Source of the DNA: Mustelus asterias
Lineage: Eukaryota
NCBI RefSeq assembly: GCF_964213995.1
Contig: NW_027590141.1
Location: 434,001-498,000, forward strand
DNA: 64,000 nt
Reading direction: 5' to 3'
Of the stretch, positions 36,520 through 49,923 are shown in pieces. Numbering within the stretch: position 1 is the stretch's first letter; each line of letters begins with the position of its first letter. The translations under genes were made by a program, and so were the position numbers. Below the pieces are notes generated by a model. That model saw only the letters and a list, made by a program, of their open reading frames with translations, made no database searches and had not been told where the DNA came from.

Positions 36520-37570
36520 AAACATAGAACAGTACAGCACAGTACAGGCCCTTCAGCCCTCGATGTGCCGAGCTTTGTCCGAAACCAAGATCAAGCTCGC
36601 CCACTCCCTATCATCCTGGTGTGCTCCATGTGCCTATCCAATAACCGCTTGAAAGTTCCTAAAGTCTCCAACTCCACTATCACAGCAGGCAGTCCATTCC
36701 ACACCCCAACCACTCTCTGAGTAAAGAACCTACCTCGGACATCCCTCCTATATCTCCCATCATGAACCTTATAGTTATGCCCCCTCGTAACAGCTACATC
36801 CACCCGAGGAAATAGTCTCTGAATGTCCACTCTATCTATCCCCCTCATCATCTTATAAACCTCTATTAAGTCGCCTCTCATCCCCCTCCGCTCTAAAGAG
36901 AAAAGCCCCAGCTCCCTCAAGCTTTCCTCATAAGACCTACCCTCCAAACCAGGGCAGCATCCTGGTAAATCTCCTTTGCACTCTTTCCAATGCTTCCACA
37001 TCCTTCTTATAGTGAGGTGACCAGAACTGCACACAATATTCCAAACGAGTCTCACCAAGGTCCTGCACAGTTGCAGTATAAGCCCACAGCTCTTAAACTC
37101 AAACCCCCTGTTAATAAACGCTAACACACTAAAGGCCTTCTTCACAGCTCTATCCACTTGAGTGGCAACCTTCAGAGGTCTGTGGATATGAACCCCAAGA
37201 TCTCTCTGTTCCTCCACATTCCCCAGAACCCTGCCGTTGACACTGCAATCCGCATTCAAATTTGTCCGACCAAAATGAATCACCTCGCACTTATCAGGGT
37301 TAAACTCCATTTGCCATTTTTCAGCCCAGCTTTGCATCCTATCTATGTCTCTTTGCAGCCTACAACAGCCCTCCACCTCATCCACTACTCCACCAACCTT
37401 GGTGTCATCAGCAAATTTACTGATCCACCCTTCAACCCCCTCCTCCAAGTCATTGATAAAAATCACAAATAGCAGAGGACCCAGCACTGATCCCTGTGGT
37501 ACACCACTGGTAACTGGTCTCCAGTCTGAAAAATTTCCATCCACCACCACCCTCTGTCTTCTATGAGATA
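36520..37570 (-). mobile_element. CR1 LINE RT and 3' end, well preserved
   Basis: RRQRVVVDG..SGVPQGSVLGPLLFVIFINDL..KFADDTK; split by the PLE at 37571. Confidence 0.92.
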
Positions 37571-38346
37571 GTAAGAAGTTTAACAACACCAGGTTAAAGT
37601 CCAACAGGTTTCTTTGGTAGCAAAAGCCACACAAGCTTTCGGAGCCTTAAGCCCCTTCTTCAGGTGAGTGGGAATTCTGTTCACAAACAGGGCATATAAA
37701 GACACAAACGCAATTTACAGAATAATGGTTGGAATGCGAATACTTACAGCTAATCAAGTCTTTAAGATACAAACAATGTGAGTGGAGAGAGCATCAAGAC
37801 AGGCTAAAGAGATGTGTATTGTCTCCAGACAGGCCAGCCAGTGAGACTCTGCAGGTCCAGACAAGCTGTGGGGATTACAGATAGTGTGACATGAACCCAA
37901 TATCCCAGTTGAGGCCGTCCTCATGTGTGCGGAACTTGGCTATCAGTTTCTGCTCAGCGACTCTGCGCCGTCGTGTGTCGTGAAGGCCGCCTTGGAGAAC
38001 GCTTACCCGAATATCAGAGGCCGAATGCCCGTGACCGCTGAAGTGGCTGTCCTGACTGGAGACAATACACATCTCTTTAGCCTGTTTTGATGCTCTCTCC
38101 ACTCACATTGTTTGTATCTTAAAGACTTGATTAGTTGTAAGTATTCGCATTCCAACCATTATTCTGTAAATTGAGTCTATGTCTTTATATGCCCTGTTTG
38201 TGAACAGAATTCCCACTCACCAGAAGAAGGGGCTTGGGGCTCCGAAAGCTTGTGTGGCTTTTGCTACCAAATAAACCTGTTGGACTTTAACTTGGTGCTG
38301 TTAAACTTCTTACTGTGTTTACCCCAGTCCAACGCCGGCATCTCCA
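37571..38346 (-). mobile_element. Short Penelope copy: GIY-YIG C-terminus between inverted pLTRs
   Basis: HFSGHGHSASDIRVSVLQGG..GFMSHYL; TSD cttctatgagatag 37558-37571 / 38347-38360; hammerheads 37630-37666 (-) and 38218-38254 (+, core mutated to CAGAAGA). Confidence 0.93.
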
Positions 38347-38664
38347 CTTCTATGAGATAGCTAGTTACTTATCTATCAGTTATCTACATTATCTATCAGG
38401 GAAATAAAGCTGCAAAGATATGAGGATAGAGCAGAGGAATGGGACTGACTGGATTGCTGTAGACACCTTGCATGGATTCAATGGGCTGAATGGCCCTGCA
38501 CCAGAATGACACTTTCTTGTAATCTCATCTTCTAATTTAACCCTGGGAGTTCAGATATCACTCGGGTACATCTGTTCTACACTCTCTCCAGGGCTATTAT
38601 ATCCTGTTGCCCGGAACTGAGCACAGTTCTCCAGATGTGGTCTAACCAGGGTTTGTGAATCTCG

Positions 38665-38905
38665 GGGCCTTTCCAGTCACACCGAAACCCGAAATCTTCT
38701 CTCACAGACACAATCGACAAAACTGTTACCTTCCACATTCAGAGGCTGCTAATATTCAGGTTCTGATGTATTGAGTGGCTCCATCAGATCACAATGTGAT
38801 GTTTGATTTGAGTTTCCCATATGTCAATTCTCCACTTCCAGCACTCTGTAAATTTACAGAAACCATCACAGTCAGTCCAGGATAGAAATTCACAACATTC
38901 TCTCC
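38665..38905 (-). pseudogene. Orphan ZNF acceptor/leader relic
   Basis: tttctatcctggactgactgtgatgg..acag|..aactcaaatcaaacatcac..cctgaatatt; no finger array follows. Confidence 0.6.
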
Positions 38906-39179
38906 ACCGAGTTGCCAAATGTGATTAAATGTTTCCTGGAAGTTTTACCACGTCTTTTCTATTGTGCCCATCCTCCAACCATTAATCAGTCCACACATCC
39001 TTCCCCACTGCCTTCCTGGGCCAATTGGAAAGCAAAAAGACTCCTTACCTTACAGCATAATGATTGACAGTCAGGCAAACAACTTTTATCCATTTTTAAT
39101 ATTTTTATATCGGTGCAGAGAAATGTTCAAAGGAAAATGACAACAAAAGATATATTTTTAAATGTCCTGAATGTTTTAG

Positions 39180-39490
39180 AGACTGAGGTTTGAATCCCAC
39201 TACAGCAGATGGTCAAATTTGAATTCAATAAATATCTGGAATTGAAAGTCTAATGATGACCATGAAACCATTGTCGATTGTTGTAAAAAGTAACTGATTC
39301 ACTAATGTCCTTGAGCCAAGGAAATCTGCTGCCTGACCTGGTCAGGTCTATATGTGATTCCAGATCTCCAGCAATGTGGTTGGTTGACTCTTAAAATGCC
39401 CTCTGATGTGCACTCAGTTCAAGGGAAAATAAAGATGGGCAATAAATGCTGGTCCAGCCAGTGGCAGCCACATCCCCTGGATGAATTGGG
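39180..39490 (+). mobile_element. SacSINE1/Deu-like SINE
   Basis: gaccatgaaaccattgtcgattgttgtaaaa body; gatgggcaataaatgctgg tail. Confidence 0.7.
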
Positions 39491-40409
39491 AAACAAATCT
39501 CCCATCCTTATCTGATCTGGCCTAAATATGACTCCAAACCACTGAGATGCATAGGTTAGAGGGATTAGCGGGTAAATATGTAGGGATATGGGGGTAGGGC
39601 CTGGGTGGGATTGTGGTCGGTGCAGACTCGATGGGCCAAATGGCCTCTTTCTGCACTGTAGGGTTTCTATGATTTTATGTTGGGGGTTGGGGGTGGAGGA
39701 GGGGGGAGGATGGATCTCTGGTTGGGGGGGGGGAGGGGGGAGGATGGCTCTCTGGTGGGGGGGGGGTGGGAGGACGTAAACCATTCCAGGCACGTAAACC
39801 TTTCATTGTCTTTACTGTTAAAGGATAGGCATTGAAACATTTGAATGTTTTAATTCCTATCCTTTTTAACAGTAAAAAACATCTCTTTTCAAAATATTGT
39901 TACACTTTAGAAAGTTAATAAACTAATTTTTCTGCATAAACTATCATTACATTCATTTGATCTCAAATATTAAACTTCTGACACTGTTAAAGTATATCCT
40001 AAATGTTCCTGGGACTGGAAATTTCTTCTAAAGAACTGTTGCTTCAGGATGTATGCTACAAGTACTGGGTTTGTTATATATTTATTTTACAATATGTTGA
40101 TGGGGAGACGTCTCTGTGACAACAGGAATGAACAGACACTGAAAATAATATGAATGTACTTTGTTCTGTGTGGTCGAAGATTCTCAGAAATGCACATTTT
40201 ATTTTTCACTTGAGCCCTGTAAGTAGACACAATCAGCCCAAAATAACCCAAGCAGCTCACATTCATTACTGAGACAAAAGTAGACAGTTGAAATAGATGC
40301 AAGTGTAATCTTTCGACAAAAGCTTTGAGTTTAATAGCGTTATCAGATTGTTAGAACAATATTTTCTCGAACAAGAGCAGGTATAATTATTGCCAACTCT
40401 TCCATATGT

Positions 40410-40645
40410 CAGAGAGCCGCTCTCTCTGCTTTTGTTTCTTCCCCACCCGGGCGCACTGCTTCAGATTTCTTTTCGAATTGCGCATGCGCAGTTCAGAGCT
40501 CCGATCGTTCTGGCAGCGCTAAGCCCCGCCCACTGCGGATCGGACCGGAGCCGGCAAAAAGCGTATGGGCGCGCTGCAAGGAGGATTCCGGGCTCGGATC
40601 TGTATTATGCCCTTAGACTCCAAATGGTAAAATCGGGCCCATGAT
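40410..40645. promoter_or_regulatory. Small CpG-rich promoter-like element
   Basis: Perfect NRF1 palindrome TGCGCATGCGCA and GC box CCCCGCCC. Confidence 0.45.
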
Positions 40646-40869
40646 GCCTTTCTAACCTAAAGACCTTTTGGCTCTACGCGATCTGTATCCCTCAGTTCCC
40701 TGCCGATTTATGTATCTGTCAAGATACCTCTTAAACATTGCTAAAGGCTAATAAAGATCCCGTAATACAAAAGACAACAATTCTCACTGTCTCCAGGATA
40801 ACTGCACCATTCTGGTGATATCAACATTCAATCAAAACACAGGGGAAGTCATTTTAAACTGTTTCACTT

Positions 40870-41153
40870 AAAAGTTTATTTATTAGTGACATGTAGGCTT
40901 ACAGTAACACTGCAATGAAGTTACTGTGAAAATCCCCTTGTCACCACAATCTGGCGCCTGTTCGGGTACACTGAAGGAGAATTTAGCATGGCCAATGAAC
41001 CTTACCAGCATATCTTTCAGACTGTGGAAGGAAACCGGAGCACCCAGAGAAAACCCATGCAGACATGGGGAGAACATGCAGACTCCGCACAGTGACCCAA
41101 GCTGGGAATCGAATCAGGGTCCCTGGCGCTGAGAGGCAGCAGTGCTAACCACT
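40870..41153 (-). mobile_element. HE1-like V-SINE with alternative tail
   Basis: Same structure as 28035-28315. Confidence 0.8.
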
Positions 41154-41469
41154 AGTGGGAAACTAATGGGATTTGAGTGGATGCCATTTTAACCTCACCC
41201 AAACTGACTTTCCATTGAAGGTTAAAATTACACTTTGACTTAACCTTTCATTGTACTTATTGCAAGGCAATCTGCAAAAACACACTACAGCCATTGAACT
41301 TTATGAACAGGCTTATCAACAGCAAATTAAATGACTAATATTCCAGTAACAGCTGTGTGTCGCTAAGATAAACAGGATGCAGAACTTCATGACTTGAAAT
41401 GTACTGATATCACCAACTGACAACAGCAATGAACTTTCATTTCAGTGTCAAATTGGTTTCAAAAGTGCT

Positions 41470-41760
41470 TATTCACAGATTTAAAGTAATTTGCAAAAGA
41501 GGTAAATGCAATGTGAGAAGAAACATTTTCACACAGCGAGTGGTTCGGGTCTGGAATGCACTGCTTGGAAGTGTGGTGGAGGCAGGTTCATTTGAGGCAT
41601 TCAAGAGGGTATTAGATGAATACTTGAATAGAAACAATATGCAAAGATACAGAAAAAAGGCAGGAGAATGGCACCAAGTCACAATGCTTGTTTGGAGAGC
41701 CAATGCAGATATGATGGGCCAAATAGCCTACTTCTGTGCCATAACAATTCTGTGATTCTC
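41470..41760 (+). mobile_element. CR1 3' end
   Basis: FTQRVVRVWNAL..VVEAGS..FKR.LD; (ttctgtga)n tail. Confidence 0.8.
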
Positions 41761-41919
41761 GCCTCCAAGTAGGAGACAGGCCATGTGAATGTATTTAGTG
41801 GACTGTAACCAGAAATGCAACTACCAATCTTAGACTAGTATCTGCAGCATGAATATATTCTTAAAAAGCATCTGACTGAATCAAACCCCAATTAAACTGA
41901 ACAAATAGACATCATACTT

Positions 41920-42925
41920 CCCACGACATCTGTCCATGCGATCGCAGAACATCTGCCCCTTTAGCTCCTCCCTCCTCAATACTGAAGGACCCAAACACTC
42001 TTTTCAGGTGATGCAACATTTCCCTTGTACCTCCTCCAATTTATTCTACTGTATTCGATGCTCCCAATGCGTTCTCCTCTACGCTGGGGAGACTAAATGC
42101 AGACTGAATGACTGTTTTGCAGAATACCTTCGCTCTGTCTGCATGCATGGCAACAATCTCTGGTCGCATGCCATTTCAACTCAGCACCTGGATTTCATGC
42201 CGGCAGGTTTATCCTCGGCCTGTTGGAATGCTCCAGTGAAGCCCAACGCAAGCTGGAAGAACAACATCTCAGGGTGAATTTTCCCATTGCACCCACCATG
42301 GGAATCATAATGGGTTAGGGCGGGCCATGGAAAGGTCGGTTGACCTCAGGCCGAATTTTCCGGTTTCAGGGAGGGGGCGGCCGGAAAACCCCTCCCCCTC
42401 ATTTTCCAAATTGTCAGATTACAGCCTTCTTGGACTCAACACTGAGTTCAACAAATTTAGACTCTGAATTTTCCCCTCCATCTTGACTTTTTTTTCTGTT
42501 ATTCAGTTCCACTGGCTTGTTCCAATACTACCCCATCCCTTTCCTACATGTGACCACTGTCTGTTGTTGTTCAGTTTTGTTCCCATTGAGCACTGACCTC
42601 TTCTCCTACTAACACATTTTGTTATTCTACCTTTGCAACTATTAACTCTCTTCAGTCCCCAATGGCACCATCAATAATCCCTTTGTCTCATGCCCGTGAC
42701 AAATTTGTCAACCTCTCCTTAACTCTGACCTATTACTAACTTTCCATTCTGCCCCAGGCTCCTCTCCAAGTACATAATTCACCACACTTCTATTCCTCTT
42801 CGGTTCTGTGAAAGGGTCACATGGGCTCGAAATGTTAACTGTGTTTCTCTCTCCACAGATCCTGCCAGATCTGCTGAGTTTATCTGGTTTTATTTTACAT
42901 TTCCAGCATCCGCATTTCGCTTTTA
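41920..42925 (+). mobile_element. Second Penelope family 3' end (GIY-YIG, 3' UTR, degenerate hammerhead near 42803-42839)
   Basis: FPCTSSNLFYCIRCSQCVLLYAGETKCRLNDCFAEYLRSV. Confidence 0.8.
42272..42398. mobile_element. Small MITE, possibly PIF/Harbinger-like
   Basis: Imperfect TIRs gggtgaattttcc / ggaaaacccctccc; (c)tca duplication; interrupts the PLE sequence. Confidence 0.5.
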
Positions 42926-43319
42926 TTAGATTTAATACTATTTTGTTTCATAACTAATATAAAACTTTCTACTTTTCAAAAATTTTCTGATGTGGGATCT
43001 GTTGCTCTGCAATACTTCATTATTATTGGATTATTATTATTTATAATAATTATTATTGCCTCTAGTGTCAGGGGATTAGCAGGGTAAATATGTAGGGATA
43101 TGGGAATAGGGTCTGGGTGGGATTGTGGTCGGTGCAGACTCGATGGGCCGAATGGCCTCCTTCTGCACTGTAGGGATTCTATGATTATGTGGTTGACACT
43201 TAAAATTCCCTGTGAGATGGTCTAGCAAGCCACTCAGTTGAAGGACAATTAGGGATGGGCAATATATACTGGTCCAGCCAGCGACTCCAACATTCCCTGA
43301 ATGAATAAAAAAATTCCTG

Positions 43320-43700
43320 GAGACTCCAGTCCAACCCGGGAGAGTTGGTGACTGGTCCAGGCTCACAGCGCATGCGCCCTTCTGTACATTGTTCCTGTCA
43401 CGATGGCGGCCGCTAACCCGGGCCTGGAGCCGCTCAGCTCCGACTCTATTCAGTACCAACTGAAGCGGGACCGGGAACATTTTATTCTGGATTGAAGCCT
43501 CTAGGGGATATTTATGAAGCCTCCCAGCCCACTCCGCTGCTTCTATCCCTCCCCGGTCACCCAGCGGCCCCATTACTGAACCTCACTCCATTGTTACTTT
43601 CCGGCTCCTCGCAGCTCCAGATACAGTCCGGACTGCGCATGCTCCAGTCAGAGCCAGGTACCGCGTTTGCGCAAGGCGGTGCTGTAATGTGGATAGGGCA
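43320..43700 (-). promoter_or_regulatory. CpG-rich promoter / exon 1 candidate
   Basis: GCGCATGCGC, GATGGCGGC (YY1-like), CTGCGCATGCTCCAG shared with 18500 and 53500 modules. Confidence 0.5.
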
Positions 43701-43869
43701 CATTCTCACCCGCAGAGAATGTTGGGTAATCACCCCGCCATTCACACTGGTTTTGTTAAATAGAAAATATGCTTTGCGATCTGAATATGATTGGTACCAT
43801 TGGGCCACAATAACAAATGTATTAAATCTATTCATGTGGAACTAAGGAGTAATATAGTAACTAAGGACT

Positions 43870-44165
43870 GGGATGGCACAGTTGCAAGCACAGCTGTCTC
43901 ACAGCGCCAGGGAACCAAGTTCAATTCCGGCCTCGGGTCACTGTCTCTGTGGACTTTGCATGTTCTCCCCGTGTCTGTGTGGGTTTCCTCCCACAGTCCA
44001 AAGATGCGCAGGTTAGGTTAATTGGCTATGCTAAAGTGCCCCTTAGTGTCAGGGGGATTAGCAGGGTGAATAGTTGGAGTTATGGGGATAGTGCATGGGT
44101 AGGATTGATGTCAGCAGAGACTTAATGGGCTGAATGGCCTCCTGTAGGAATTCTCTGAATCTATG
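43870..44165 (+). mobile_element. HE1-type V-SINE
   Basis: tRNA head, V core, tail. Confidence 0.8.
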
Positions 44166-44784
44166 AGCATAGGCTCTCCACCACAGTTCGGTCCTGGGTC
44201 TGATTGACAACAGAACAAACATCTACAGTTAGAAGTGAATGCATTGGGGTCTCAGCACGTTTTCCCCATAGACACAACAGTTAAATTGCCCCTTGTCAAT
44301 AAGAATGCTGGCATTGGAGCAAATGCTTTGAGCTCTTAAAACCAGAGTGTTAGCCACTGAGGAAAACTAAGGAAATCCCTTTGTACATGTGAAGTGTCTG
44401 AGTGTTGGCCCCCTAGTCTAACTGTGCTGTTCTATCAGTAAATGAGATGACTGAGTGAATCCATGTGAAGGACAGTGTGTGTCAGAGTGCAGCAGTCCCT
44501 CAATGTCAGACTGGAGTGTCAGCCGAGATAATGTGCTCAGCTTGATGAGTATTTCCTGTTGTTATTGATGTGGATCATTCAGAAACAATGGACTCTGATG
44601 AGGTCACCCAGTCCTGCTGAAATGATGTCATAGAGACTATTACATCACAGCGGAACCTTATTGCTGAAAACAGTTTTGTTCCAGACGGCAGCAAGTCCAT
44701 TACTGATAGATCTAAAATGAAAATAGTGGGGATGGAAGCACCCCAAGTTATTTCAGAGAAGTTTCATAGTGAAAAAATTAGCAT

Positions 44785-45120
44785 TCGTGGTTTGCATTGT
44801 TTCCTCACAGCACCAGGGCCCTGGTTTCAATTTTGGCCTCGGGTGACTATCTGTCTGGAGTTTGCACGTTATCCCCATGTCTGCATGGGTTTCCTCCGGG
44901 TGCTCCGATCTACTCCCACAGTCTGAAGATGTGCAGGTTAGGTGGATTGGTCACGCTAAATTGACCCTTAGTGTCCCAAGTTGTGCAGGTTAGATGGATT
45001 AGAAATGGTAAATGTGTTACAGGTATAAGTGGGGGAGAGGGCCTGGGTAAGATTCTCTGTCAGAATGTCGGTACAGACTCTTTAGGACAAATGGCCTCTT
45101 CTGCACTGTAGGGATTCTGA
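44785..45120 (+). mobile_element. HE1-type V-SINE
   Basis: tRNA head, V core, tail. Confidence 0.8.
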
Positions 45121-46600
45121 GTGACAGAGCATAATATTAGGATAGATGGGAAAAGCCTGATTGGAGAGGCAGATCTTGAATCAGGAGAGATGGACAATTT
45201 AGTGAGAGAATTTCACAGTTTCACACCCAGGCCCTGCCACTAATGATGGAGTATTAAAATCAGGGATGCTCAAGAGGCCAGAATGAGAAGAGTGCAGATA
45301 TCTCAGAGAATAGTGAAACTGGAGATTACTGAGATTGGGAGGTATAAGGTCATGGAAGAATTTGAAATCAAGGATGCGAATTTAAAATTGATGCATTACT
45401 TGACTTGAAGGTGAGGTAGGTCAGTGAGCTCAGGGGGAATGGGTGAATCTTTCGTTTCTGTGTGGGGGTGGGATGAATGTGACGGGCTGGTCAGAAATGT
45501 ATTGGAATTGTCAAGTCTAAAGGTAACACGGGCATGGATGAGGGTTTCAGCAGCAGATGAGCTGGGGTGGGTGAAGACAGGTGACATTATGGAGATTGAA
45601 ATATCTGGTATTGGTGATGGGGTGGATATGTGATCAGAAACTCATCTTGGGGTCAAATCTGACACTGAGACTGTGAAGTGTGTGGTTCAGCCTCAGACAG
45701 TTCCCAGGGAGAGAGATGGACTGTAAGACGTAGGAGCAGAAGGAGGCCATTTGACCCATCAAGTTTGCTCTGCCATTCAATGAAATCATGACTGATCGCT
45801 TGTGATTATCCACAACTCCACTTTCTTGCCTTATCCCCATAACCCTTGATTCCCTTACTGATTAAGAAAAAAAAAATCGATCTCAGCCTTGAACATACTT
45901 AGTGAGCCAACCTGTACAGCCCTCTGTGGTAAATAATTCTACAGATTCACTACCTTCTGAGAAGAAATTCCTCATCACTGTCTTAATTGGATGACCCGTT
46001 ACTCTGAGTAGTGAGGGAACAGAATTTTTAGTGATGGCTGAAGACAGTGGCTTTGGTCTTTCCAATTTTTAACTGGAGGAAACTTCTACTCATCCAGAAC
46101 TGAATGTGGGATGAACAGTTTGATAATTTAGTAACGGTGGAGGAATGGAGAGGGATGGGGGTGAGGTGGGAAATAGGAGGGGCCAAGGACAGATCCTCGG
46201 GGGACACCGAGTTCAGGGGTTTTGGAAAGGAAAAGGAGGTTGGAGATGGGGCAGTAATTTGCAAAGATAGTGGGGTTTAGTGTTTTTTTTAGGATGGGTG
46301 ATGACGGTACATTTAAAGTGAGAGAAACAGTAAGAAATGGGAGAGAATTGTGAACAGTGTCAGCTAACATGGGGAAGTTGGATGGACAGCAGTTTTGTGA
46401 GAATGGAGTCCAGGGAGTTGAAGGCAGGTCTCATGGACAAGATGAGCTCAGAGGAAGATAGAAGATAGGAGAAAAACTGGAGAAAGATAGAGCTCAGACA
46501 AGGAGGAACTTCACAGACACTTTGGTCCGGTGGTCTGTGGAAGGGAAGGAAGCAGCAAAGGCAGCTGATTGGATTGGCTCAATCTTAGTCACAAGGAACC
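45120..46600 (-). mobile_element. Old L2-like LINE with nested CR1 3' end (about 45720-46010)
   Basis: AETLIHA..FRLDNSN, WMSRSFLQLKIGKTK, NYCPISNLLFLSK, GVPRGSVLGP. Confidence 0.7.
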
Positions 46601-46940
46601 ATCGAATCTGCACAGTGCAGAAAGAGGCCTTTTGGCCCATCGAGTCTGCACTGACTCTGAAAAAGCATCCCACCCAAGCCTTCCCCTCCACGCCATCCCT
46701 GTAACCCCACATATTTACCATGGCTAATCCACCCAAACTACACATCTTTGGACACTTGGGTGCAATTTAGCATGGCTAATTCACCTAACCTGCACGTCTT
46801 CGGAATGTGGGAGGAAACTCAAGAACCCGGAGGAAACCCACGCAAACACAGGGAGAACGTGCAACCTCCACATGGTCACACAAGGCCAGAATCAAAGCTG
46901 GGTCCCTGGCACTGAGGGAGTAGTGCTAAATACTGTGCCG
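46600..46940 (-). mobile_element. HE1-type V-SINE
   Basis: Reverse-strand V core and tail. Confidence 0.8.
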
Positions 46941-48169
46941 CCTTATATGCCATGCGTTCCTCACACTTGTTGGAGGTGAGGATGGAGGTCCCTTTAAAAG
47001 GAAATAATTTGTGATAGAGATATTTAAAAAGACTTGATACACTTTGTTTAATACAAAGCTGATTTATTTGACTTTTATCTCGAATATTAACTCCTATAAC
47101 TGAGCTGGAGTTTATTTAATGTTAAGGGCACGGTTTATGCTCAATGTTGTGCTGTCTATGGTTGGAGGGGATGTAGAGATCGGGACAATTCAAGAGGTCC
47201 ACACAAGATTGAATAAAAACAGCATTGAGGCTGGTTTATTTTTAGGTGTGCATTTGACAGGCTTCAATTCCCCAACTACTGGCAGCCTGCAGAGACCCGA
47301 TGATGTCACAGAGTGATCACGTGACCATGCCACACACAACAATATCCCAAATACACAACAACAAATCTGAGTTTACAATGTGTATTGTATGAGGAGAGGT
47401 TGTGAAATCTGGAAATGTCCCAACTTCTTATGATGGTTTTATAGCAATCTAAATATTAATTAAGAAATAGGGGGAAAAAAAACACAAAATGAAATAGAAT
47501 TACACTTAAAATAATACAATGGCTTCACACAATGTCAATACTTTAAACAGTTCCAAACAATCTCAATTTAACTACCTTCACCAATCTGTCCAGCAACGCC
47601 GTTAGATTTTAAGATCTATAAAAATCCAGTAACTTTTTATTTTAACCTCTCAGTGCCTTTACTCCTGTTGGTGTTGCTTCTGAGGTTAACCAGCAGTTGT
47701 CTTTTCCAATCCGGCCTCCTTCACACTGCTTTCTGGGAGTTAACCAACTATTACTGCTGTTGACCGAGACCTGAAACAACTCCCTTCATAGGTTTCAGTT
47801 TCCCATTAACTCTGTTCTTTCCTTTCATCTCTCTATTCGCACCCAATTTCCTCACAACTAATCTCTCCCAGAATTGATCAACATCATCTCTTTATTTTAA
47901 TATCGATAATTTAAAAGGAAAGTAAACTCACTTTAATCATACTTTACTCGTGACAACTTTGTGGCACAGCATGCATCGATTATTCTTTGATCACTAACAG
48001 CCCATTCAGATCTATTTCTGTTCTGTACCCACCCCTACTAAACTGTTTTGGGTAAGCACCTGTTTGAGGTCTTGCTGGGCTCATTAACACATCAAACTCT
48101 CAGTTTAAATTCACACGGCCACTCTGTCTCCTGCTGTAATTACCACTCTCACACTCCATCAGTTTTTAA

Positions 48170-48932
48170 AAAATGAGCAAATGCCAGGCAATGACCATCA
48201 CCAATAAGAGACACTCTAACCACCGCCCCTTGACTTTCAATGGTGGAACCATCACTGAATCCCCCACTGTCAACATTCTTGGGGTTACCATTGACCAGAA
48301 ACTCAACTGGATTCACCACATTAACACAGTGGCTGCAAGAGCAGGTCAGAAGCTCGGAATACTGCGGCAAGTAACTCACCTCCTGACTCCCCAGAACCTA
48401 CCCACCATCTACAAGGAACAAGTCAGGAGTGTGGTGGAATACTCCCCTCCCCACTTGCCTGGATGGGTGCAGCTCCAACAACACTCAAGAAGCTTGACAC
48501 CATCCAGGGCAAAGCAGCCACTTGGTTGGCATCACATCCACAAACATTCACTCCGTCCACCACCGACGCTCAGTAGCAGCAGTGTGTACTATCTACAAGA
48601 TGCACTGCAGCAATTCACCAAAGATCCTTAGACAGCACCTTCCAAACACACGACCACTTCCATCTAGAAGGGCAGCAGATAAATGGGAACACAAACACAT
48701 GCAAGTTCCCCTCCAAGCCACTCACCATCCTGACTTGGAGATTTATCGCCGTTCCTTCACAGTCACTGGGTCAAAATCCTGGAATTCCCTCCCTAACGGC
48801 ATTGTGGGTCAAGCTATAGAACATGAACTGCAGCGATTCAAGAGGCAGCTCACCACCACCTTCTCAAGGGCAACTAGGGATGGGCAATAAATGCCGGCCA
48901 GCCAGCGACGCCCATGTCCCAGGAATGAATAA
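48170..48932 (+). mobile_element. CR1/L2-group LINE 3' end
   Basis: KCQAMTI..ILGVTIDQKLNW..IYKEQVRSVVEYS; tail gatgggcaataaatgc shared with the SacSINE-like copies. Confidence 0.75.
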
Positions 48933-49128
48933 ATTTGGAGACAGTTTTATCCGGTGAGCTCGAGGAAGGGAGAGAAGCAGCAGCTGATTAGATTGTCTCA
49001 ATCTTAGTGACAAAGAAACTCCATGAGCTCCTCACACCTTATAACTGGGTTGGAGTTTATGAACATCAGCAGCAACAGACCTCAATGAAGCTGGTTCAGT
49101 CCAGGATGTGACGAACAGCAACATCCAA

Positions 49129-49923
49129 TCACTGAGATTTCTTGTGAATTTGCTGGTGCATTAGCAGGTTGGATAACTGAGTGAATCCCTTTCCACACAC
49201 GGAGCAGGGGAATGGCTTCTCCCCAGTGTGAATTCGCAGGTGTACACTAAGGTCAAATGATCGTCTGAACCCAGTCCCACACTGAGAGCACCTGAACGGT
49301 CTCACGTCAGTGTGAACACGTTGATGGGACAGTAGTTCCCCAGAACTTTTATAGCACTTCCCACAGTCTGGGCAGTTAAAAGGTCTCTCACCAGTGTGAA
49401 CTCGTTGGTGTACAGTGAGGTCAGATGATCGTCTGAATCCAGTCCCACAATGAGAACACCTAAAGGGTCTCTCATCAGTGTGAATGCGTTGATGGGATAT
49501 CAGTTCCCCAGAACTTTTATAACACTTCTTGCAGTCTGAACATTGGAATGGTCTCTCCCCAGTGTGAACTCGCTGGTGTCTCAGCAGATTGGAGGAGTGA
49601 GCAAATCCCTTCCCACACTGGGAGCAAGTGAACGGCCTCTCACCTGTGTGAATGTGTTGGTGTGTCTGCAAGTGGTATGAGTGTGTGAATCCCTTCCCAC
49701 ACTGGGAGCAGGTGAACGGTCTCTCCCCAGTGTGAGTTCGTTGATGAATTTCCAACTTGGATGGGTAATCGAACCCTTTCCCACAGTCCCCACATTTCCA
49801 TGGTTTCTCCCCATTGCGACGGCATTTATGTTCTGACAGGCCAGATGATCGACTGAAGCCTCATCCACACACAGAACATGTGTACGGTTTCTCCCCAGTG
49901 TGAACAGTGTTTTCTCCTTCCAT
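49129..49923 (-). pseudogene. ZNF gene with one in-frame TGA (49861-49863) and 8 intact fingers downstream (ZNF-E), paralog of ZNF-A
   Basis: [26 protein letters not shown]..; acceptor ttcacag|G at 50030. Confidence 0.75.

Noticed and set aside
36591-37634. 347-aa ORF as a single protein
   Set aside because: Chance fusion of pLTR sequence with a frameshifted CR1 RT
39680-39772. G-rich tract
   Set aside because: Low-complexity run next to a SINE tail with no further structure
47000-48120. Solo LTRs (TG..CA bounded blocks at about 47145-47341 and 47401-48115)
   Set aside because: No TSD or internal domains found; not supportable by eye
49861-49863. Selenocysteine or programmed readthrough at the in-frame TGA
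   Set aside because: Position aligns to Arg/Gln rather than Cys, no SECIS or readthrough context seen; CpG decay is simpler
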